From Anaeromyxobacteraceae bacterium (GTDB taxonomy: Bacteria > Myxococcota > Myxococcia > Myxococcales > Anaeromyxobacteraceae): a stretch of DNA of 64,000 bases. This document shows positions 59,000 to 64,000 of this stretch, piece after piece. The position numbers were made by a program, and so were the translations under genes. The stretch spans positions 8,675-72,674 of the forward strand of contig DATJZG010000150.1 in the NCBI GenBank assembly GCA_035499295.1. Reading direction: 5' to 3'. The notes below the pieces were generated by a model that was not told where the DNA came from, searched no databases, and saw nothing but the letters and a program-made list of their open reading frames with translations. Every line of letters begins with the position of its first letter. The first letter of the stretch is position 1.

Positions 59000-60355
59000 T
59001 TACTCGGGGGCGAGGACGAGCTGGGTCTGCGCCTTGAAGGTGGGCTCGTGCTTAGAGTTGTCCGACCCGCCGGCGCGCCCGAACTCGAGGTCGAGGGTGA
59101 CGCTCGGCGGCGGCTTCGAGAGCGCCAGGGTGCCGGAGATGCGGACGTAGGCCATGCCGTCCCCGGCCTGGGCGCTGCGCACCCCCTCGAAGAAGACCTG
59201 GTCGGCGTCGCGCACGGCGCGCACCGTCATGGGGAAGAAGCCGGGGGCCTGGTTCGCCGGGGCGAAGGTGAGGTGCGCGCCGTCGAGGACCCAGCGGGCG
59301 CTTCCCACGAGCTCGCGCCCCTTCTCCTTGGCGTCGGGGTTGCCGAGGTACTGCTGGAAGGAGACGACGCTCCGGGTGGCAAAGCTGGCGCGCTCGGGGC
59401 CCGCCTTCTGGGCCGGCTCGGGGGCGACCGCCCCCGAGGCCGCGACGGCGCTCGCGGACGGCGAGTCCCGGGCGGTCGACGGGGGCGCCGCCGGGGAGGG
59501 CCGCTCGGCCCTCCGGGCGGGGCTCTTCGCGACCGCGACCGCGGCCGGGGGAGGGGCGGGAGGGGCGGCCGAGAGCGCCTTCTGCGGGGGCGCCGCGGGC
59601 GCCGGGCCGGCGCGCGGGGGAGGGGAGGCCGGCGGCGCCGCCGGCGGCGGTCGCTCCGGGGGCGCCGCCGCGGCGGCCCCGGCCTCGCCGCCCGCGTGCG
59701 AGGCCGGATGGCCCTCGCCGCTGCGCGTCGCGCTCGGGCGCCGCAGGAGGGCGAAGGTCGCCCCAGCGACGGCGAGGAGGAGCGCCGCGAGGAGGATCCC
59801 GCGGAGCCCCACCCGGCGCGCCGCCCCTCCCGGCAGGCGGCGCCGGAGCGTGTCGACGAGGAGCGAGACGTTGTAGTCCCAGTCCTGCTCGGTGAGCTGG
59901 AGGCACTGGCGGTGGAGGAGGCCCAGGAGCGCCGGCGGGAGGTCTTCCTCGGAGGGCAGGGTGGCCCCGCCCACCAGGACCGGGACGACGAGCACGTCCT
60001 GGCGCTTGAGCGCGGTCGCGATCTCGAGCGAGACCACGTCGCGAGGGTCCTTCAAGCGTCGGCGCCCGGAGGCGTCGGCGATGGTGGCCCAGTTCCTCCC
60101 GATGAGGACGAGCACCACCCGGCAGCTCCCCACCGTGCGCTCGATCTCCTCCATGTAGTTCACGCCCGGCTCGAGCCCCTTCACGTCCATGAAGACCTGG
60201 CGGGGAAAGGCCTGCTCGAGCGCGTAGAGGAGCGCCCGGGCCTGCCCGCCGCTGTCCTCGCGCCGGTAGTTGATGAAGACGGCGCGCCCGGAGCGCGAGC
60301 GGGCGCGCGAGGGCGCCGCCGCCGGCCGCGCCGCCTCCCCGGTGGGAGCGCTCAT
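59000..60355 (-). CDS. TIR-domain membrane protein: N-terminal TIR - single TM - Pro/Ala-rich linker - roughly 130-aa extracytoplasmic domain
   Basis: The ATG at 60355 overlaps the upstream stop (ATGA). The TIR_2-type pattern is RAVFINYRREDSGGQARALLYALE..FPRQVFMDV..LEPGVNYMEEIERTVGSCRVVLVLIG.NW...........DVVSLEIATAL....VLVVPVLV. The TM segment is GILLAALLLAVAGATFALL. A PA-rich tract follows (PPERPPPAAPPASPPP...) and then a beta-rich C-terminal domain. Confidence 0.8.
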   Translation of the reverse strand: MSAPTGEAARPAAAPSRARSRSGRAVFINYRREDSGGQARALLYALEQAFPRQVFMDVKGLEPGVNYMEEIERTVGSCRVVLVLIGRNWATIADASGRRRLKDPRDVVSLEIATALKRQDVLVVPVLVGGATLPSEEDLPPALLGLLHRQCLQLTEQDWDYNVSLLVDTLRRRLPGGAARRVGLRGILLAALLLAVAGATFALLRRPSATRSGEGHPASHAGGEAGAAAAAPPERPPPAAPPASPPPRAGPAPAAPPQKALSAAPPAPPPAAVAVAKSPARRAERPSPAAPPSTARDSPSASAVAASGAVAPEPAQKAGPERASFATRSVVSFQQYLGNPDAKEKGRELVGSARWVLDGAHLTFAPANQAPGFFPMTVRAVRDADQVFFEGVRSAQAGDGMAYVRISGTLALSKPPPSVTLDLEFGRAGGSDNSKHEPTFKAQTQLVLAPE

Positions 60356-60666
60356 CGCTCTCCGTCCTCCCCACCCGGACCGAGGATGCGGAACCCGAGC
60401 GCGCACAGGGCCTTCAGGCTCTCGAGGACGGTGGCCCGGTCGTACGCCTTCTCCTCCTCCGGGAGCTCTTCGTAGGGGACGAGGCTCGGGTGCAGCTTGC
60501 GCTCCTCGTCGCGGCGCGGGCCGAGGCGCCACCCCTCGGCGAGCCGGCCCCGGGCCCAGACCTCGTGGGCGTTGCGGGCGAGCTTCTCGCCCACCCGCGC
60601 CACCTCTTCCGGGAGCTTCACGGCCTTCGTGTCGATGGGGTTCGGGCGGTAAGGGGCGGCCGGCAT
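60352..60666 (-). CDS. Stand-alone ryanodine-receptor (RyR) repeat domain protein, 104 aa
   Basis: ATG at 60666 after AGGGAG. YRPNPIDTKAVKLPEEVARVGEKLARNAHEVWARGRLAEGWRLGPRRDEERKLHPSLVPYEELPEEEKAYDRATVLESLKALCALGFRI matches the RyR repeat pattern as I remember it (..P.P.D.s.v.Lp.....l...LAEN.HnvWA..R...GW.YG...D...k.hP.LVPy..L.e.EK.y.r......lk.L.alGy.i). Confidence 0.8.
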   Translation of the reverse strand: MPAAPYRPNPIDTKAVKLPEEVARVGEKLARNAHEVWARGRLAEGWRLGPRRDEERKLHPSLVPYEELPEEEKAYDRATVLESLKALCALGFRILGPGGEDGER

Positions 60667-60780
60667 GGATCGCTCCCTATTCTGATAGCGGGCGGCCCGC
60701 CGCCGGCAAGACCCGAGGCGCGGGACGCCCGGGCCCTGGCACTGCGCGGCAAGGGGAACCCATCTGGGCGCGCGCCGGCG

Positions 60781-60807
60781 TTGACGGATACACCCAGCGG
60801 ATATAAG
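60781..60807 (+). promoter_or_regulatory. sigma70-like promoter TTGACG-N15-TATAAG upstream of the OMP/SLATT pair
   Basis: Hexamers at 60781-60786 and 60802-60807. The spacer is short (15 nt, or 16 if the -35 is read as GTTGAC). The ATG at 60833 is preceded by GGGAGGGA. Confidence 0.35.
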
Positions 60808-60832
60808 GCAGACCTCTAACCCGGGAGGGACC

Positions 60833-61555
60833 ATGAGAAGGGTCGTCGCAGCGGTCGCGTTTCTCGGTGCGCTCGCCCCGGCCGTGCCCGCCGGGGCGCA
60901 GGAGGGCGTCCAGCCGTTCCTCACCCCGGCTCCGCCCGGGCCGCCCGAGAGCGGGGTCTCGATCGGGGTGAGCGTCGGCTACAGCGTGCCCATGGGGTCG
61001 GCCGTCGGGGCGCCCACCGGCGGCCTCGCCGCCACCTCGTTCACCGACATCTACAGCGGCGCGGTCCCCCTGCAGCTCGACCTGGGCTGGCGCTTCGGCC
61101 CCAGCCTCTACCTCGGGGCCTACTTCGAGTACGCGTTCGCGTTCGTCGCCGCCGCGCAGAACTGCAACAACGGCACGACCTGCTCGGGCGGCGACATGCA
61201 CTTCGGCATCGACTTCGTCTACACCTTCATCCCCCGGGCGGTGTTCGCGCCCTACGTGGGCTTCGGGGTGGGGTACGAGATCGCCACCCTGAGCGCGAGC
61301 AACTCGGGCCAGTCCATCAGCGCGACCTACGACGGCTTCGAGTTCGCCCGCTTCATCGTCGGGGGGGACTTCCGCGTCGGCAGCGCCTTCCGGGTGGGCC
61401 CCTTCCTCAACTTCTCGCTCGGCCAGTTCACCAACATGAGCACGCCCTTCAACTCGAACGGCGCGCTCGCCGGCACCAACCAGTCGGTCAGCATCGCCAA
61501 CAAGGCCTTGCACGAATGGCTGCAGTTCGGGATCAAGGGGACGGTCGACCTCTGA
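60833..61555 (+). CDS. Small beta-barrel outer-membrane protein
   Basis: Signal peptide is MRRVVAAVAFLGALAPAVPAGAQ. The sequence has alternating-hydrophobic strands (LQLDLGWRF, LYLGAYFEYAF, HFGIDFVYTF, APYVGFGVGYE, WLQFGIKGTVDL). Confidence 0.65.
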   Translation: MRRVVAAVAFLGALAPAVPAGAQEGVQPFLTPAPPGPPESGVSIGVSVGYSVPMGSAVGAPTGGLAATSFTDIYSGAVPLQLDLGWRFGPSLYLGAYFEYAFAFVAAAQNCNNGTTCSGGDMHFGIDFVYTFIPRAVFAPYVGFGVGYEIATLSASNSGQSISATYDGFEFARFIVGGDFRVGSAFRVGPFLNFSLGQFTNMSTPFNSNGALAGTNQSVSIANKALHEWLQFGIKGTVDL

Positions 61556-62472
61556 TCGAGGGGGAGCGCTCCCGGCCCGCTTCGTTCGTCGACTACCCCG
61601 GCGTCTACCGGGCCGCGGACGCCGCCGCCGTCGCCGTCCGCCGGCAGCACTTCGCCGCCGAGGCGGTGCAGCTGCTCCTCAACCCGGTGGCCGCCGGGCT
61701 GGTGCTCCTCTCGGCCACCGCGCTCCTGCGCCTCTCCTACGCGGTCCTCACCGCGGTCTCCACCACCATGCTCGTCATCGTGCTCTGGTTCGTGCGCGCG
61801 GCGCGCTGGCAGAAGCTCTGGTACGAGTGCCGCAGCGCCGCCGAGGACGTGAAGCGGCTCACCTGGCGCTACATGATGGCGCTCGAGCCCTTCCCCCCGG
61901 GCATGCTCACCCCCGACGCTCCCTTCGTGAAGGCCCTCGACGCGGTCCTGCGCGCCCACCCCGAGATCCGGGAGATGCTGGGCCAGCGCGCCGACTCGCT
62001 CACGCCGCCGGTGACCGCCGGGATGCGGCGGGTGCGAAAGGGCTCCTTCGAGGAGCGGGCCGACTTCTACCTCGAGGCGCGGGTGGAGCCGGAGCTCGCC
62101 TGGTACGCCGCCAAGGCCCGCCGCCACGCCGCCCTCGACCGGCGCTGGTTCGCCGGCCTGGTCACGGTGCAGGTGGCGGCGGTGCTCTCGGCCATCTGGC
62201 TGGCGGTGCGGATCGGGGCGAACCCGGGGCCCGCCACCGCCGCCGAGAGCGCCGTGCCGCTCCTCGCCGCGCTCGGCTCGGCGGTGATGGGCTGGCAGCG
62301 CTCCAAGCGCTTCGCCGACCTGTCGGGGGCCTACGCCGGCACGGCGCACGCGCTCGCCGGGCTCGTGTCCGCCCGCCCTCCGGTCTCCGACGAGGAGGCG
62401 CAGCGGGAGTGGATCGAGGCGGTGGAGGCGGCGCTCGCGAGCGAGCACGAGGCCTGGCGCCTCATGATGTGA
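61516..62472 (+). CDS. Two-module SLATT/DUF4231-like membrane protein
   Basis: The only ATG in frame is at 61516 and overlaps the OMP gene by 40 nt. Module 1 is A.R.QHFAAEAVQLLLN - 2 TM - RWQKLWYECRSAAEDVKRLTWRYMM. Module 2 is FYLEARVEPELAWYAAKARRHAALDRRW - 2 TM - SKRFADLSGAYAGTAHALAGL. Both match my recollection of the DUF4231/SLATT pattern (Y....i..Q..WY..ka......). Confidence 0.55.
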   Translation: MAAVRDQGDGRPLIEGERSRPASFVDYPGVYRAADAAAVAVRRQHFAAEAVQLLLNPVAAGLVLLSATALLRLSYAVLTAVSTTMLVIVLWFVRAARWQKLWYECRSAAEDVKRLTWRYMMALEPFPPGMLTPDAPFVKALDAVLRAHPEIREMLGQRADSLTPPVTAGMRRVRKGSFEERADFYLEARVEPELAWYAAKARRHAALDRRWFAGLVTVQVAAVLSAIWLAVRIGANPGPATAAESAVPLLAALGSAVMGWQRSKRFADLSGAYAGTAHALAGLVSARPPVSDEEAQREWIEAVEAALASEHEAWRLMM

Positions 62473-62538
62473 GGCCCCCCTCCCCCCGGCCGAGCTGTGG
62501 TAAACGGACGGCGTCCGCGGGCGGACGCGAGGGACTGG

Positions 62539-64000
62539 ATGAGGGCTCAAAGGCGCGCGGGTCTGACGCTCTTCGCGGCCTGCGCCGCCCTCGCGGCCTG
62601 CGGGGGGTCGGGCTCCTCGGCGGCCGAGAAGGTCTACCGCGACCCCTCCCAGCCCCTGGAGAGCCGGGTGGAGGCACTCCTCTCGGTGATGTCGCTCGAG
62701 GAGAAGGTGGAGCAGATGTACGGCACGCCGCCGAACGACGGCTCCGGCCTCTCCGCCACCGCGCCGAACGCGCGCCTCGGCATCCCCGGCTTCCGCATGG
62801 TGGACGGCATGCGCGGGGTGGGCGCCGCCACCGGGAACGCCACCACCTTCCCGGTGGGCTCGGCCCGCGGGGCCACCTTCGACCCGGCGCTCGAGGGGCA
62901 GGTGGCCGCGGCCATCGGGGCCGAGGCCCGCTCCCGGGGCGCGAACGTGCTCCTCGCCCCCACCATCAACCTCCTGCGCCACCCCCGCTGGGGCAGGGCG
63001 CAGGAGACCTACGGGGAGGACACCTTCCACGTGGGCGCCATGGCGGCGGCCTTCGTCGCCGGCGCCCAAGAGCAGGTGATCACGGCCACCAAGCACTTCG
63101 CCCTCTACAGCATCGAGGACACCCGGCTCACGGTCAACGTGCAGGCGGACGACCGGACCGTGCGCGAGGTCTACCTCCCTCACTTCGAGCGGGCCGTCCG
63201 GGCCGGGACCGGCGCCGTCATGTCGGCCTACAACCGGGTGAACGGCGCCTACTGCTCCGAGAACCGGCCGCTCCTCGGGGAGATCCTGGACGGCGACTGG
63301 GGGTTCGACGGGTTCGTGGTGAGCGACTGGACCTTCGGGACGAGGAGCACGGTGCCGGCCGCCGAGGCCGGACTAGACGTGGAGATGCCGGCGGCCCACT
63401 ACTACGGCCTGCCGCTCCTCCAGGCGGTGGTGGGGGGCGCGCTGCCGCTCTCCGACGTGGACGACGCGGTGCGGCGCGTGCTGCGCGCCAAGCTCCGCTT
63501 CGGGATCTTCGACGGCAGGCCGGCGCTCGACCCGGCTTTGGAGATCGAGAGCGCCGCGCACACCGCGCTCGCGCGGCAGGTGGAGAGGGAGGCCATCGTG
63601 CTCCTCCAAAACGAGGGAGCGGCGCTCCCCATCGACCGGGCGGCGACGCGGCAGATCGCGGTGGTGGGCGCGCTCGCCGCCACCGCCAACACCGGCGACA
63701 CCGGGAGCAGCTCCACCCGCTCCTCCTACGTGGTGACCCCGCTCGCCGGCATCCAGGCGCTGGCGGGCCCGTCCACCACCGTCGTCGACCTCTCCCGCGA
63801 CGTCCTCGCCCCGGCCGACGAGGCCGCGGTGGCGGCCTCCGACGTGGCGGTGGTGGTGGTGGGGCTCACCTCCGCCGACGAGGGCGAGGCCGGGCTCGGC
63901 GCCGGGGACCGCAAGAGCCTCGACCTCTCGCCCGCGCACCTGGCGCTCGTCGCCGACGTGGCGAGCCACAACCCCCGGACGGTGGTGGTGCTGGAGGGGA
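62539..64000 (+). CDS. Glycoside hydrolase family 3 (beta-glucosidase-like) lipoprotein; 3' end lies outside the window
   Basis: My own translation gives the lipobox LAAC|GG, then LSVMSLEEKVEQM, FP...A.GATFD, LAPTINLLRHPRWGR.QETYGED, KHFA and GFVVSDW (nucleophile Asp motif). There is no stop in the window, so it is absent from the ORF track. Confidence 0.85.
   Translation, partial: MRAQRRAGLTLFAACAALAACGGSGSSAAEKVYRDPSQPLESRVEALLSVMSLEEKVEQMYGTPPNDGSGLSATAPNARLGIPGFRMVDGMRGVGAATGNATTFPVGSARGATFDPALEGQVAAAIGAEARSRGANVLLAPTINLLRHPRWGRAQETYGEDTFHVGAMAAAFVAGAQEQVITATKHFALYSIEDTRLTVNVQADDRTVREVYLPHFERAVRAGTGAVMSAYNRVNGAYCSENRPLLGEILDGDWGFDGFVVSDWTFGTRSTVPAAEAGLDVEMPAAHYYGLPLLQAVVGGALPLSDVDDAVRRVLRAKLRFGIFDGRPALDPALEIESAAHTALARQVEREAIVLLQNEGAALPIDRAATRQIAVVGALAATANTGDTGSSSTRSSYVVTPLAGIQALAGPSTTVVDLSRDVLAPADEAAVAASDVAVVVVGLTSADEGEAGLGAGDRKSLDLSPAHLALVADVASHNPRTVVVLEG

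Noticed and set aside
60737-60751. sigma54-like TGGCACTGCGCGGCA in the RyR/OMP divergent intergenic region
   Set aside because: The GG-to-GC spacing is one nucleotide short.

Overview
This is a very GC-rich bacterial chromosomal segment (above 70% GC by eye, not computed). Gene content and style fit an Anaeromyxobacter-like member of Myxococcota, which is inference only. I support about 60 protein genes, five tRNAs (Pro-TGG, Arg-TCT, His-GTG, Arg-TCG, Lys-CTT), and a few sigma70-like and sigma54-like promoters and hairpins. I saw no CRISPR array, transposase or integrase. Many long ORFs in the supplied track are GC-driven shadow frames and are rejected.

Landmarks, 5' to 3':
- A Tat 4Fe-4S ferredoxin gene with a near-consensus sigma54 promoter, next to a sensor kinase and NtrC-type activator pair.
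- Two tandem ThiF-like E1 genes plus a glycosyltransferase-like gene, then slyD, a cold-shock-domain fusion and moeA.
- An M2 peptidase, a long HDAC-family protein, suhB-like, an M23 peptidase and hisC.
- A 958-aa lipoprotein with four B-repeat modules and about 13 heme-c motifs, then hemerythrin and dodecin.
- An spt-like / GNAT / epimerase-family reductase / fatty-acid hydroxylase cluster that looks like bacterial ceramide synthesis.
- uvrD-like, paralogous small beta-barrel OMPs, rplM-rpsI, pilT, recX and bamD.
- selD with an in-frame UGA (selenocysteine) that the ORF track truncated, then amidase, rph, rdgB and the tRNA cluster.
- Three large secreted or lipoprotein genes, cfa, and a complete form-I aerobic CO dehydrogenase cluster (xdhC, mocA, xdhC-YHS, coxD, coxE, coxG, coxM, coxS, coxL with the AYRCSFR loop).

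The most unusual locus is at 58.5-62.5 kb. A stand-alone ryanodine-receptor (RyR) repeat protein is translationally coupled (ATGA overlap) to an N-terminal-TIR / single-TM / periplasmic-domain protein. An SspB-like gene follows them. Divergently transcribed from this pair is an OMP gene that overlaps a two-module SLATT/DUF4231-like membrane protein. I flag this as a candidate undescribed TIR-based signalling or conflict module.

All domain calls come from reading motifs by eye. No database search was run.
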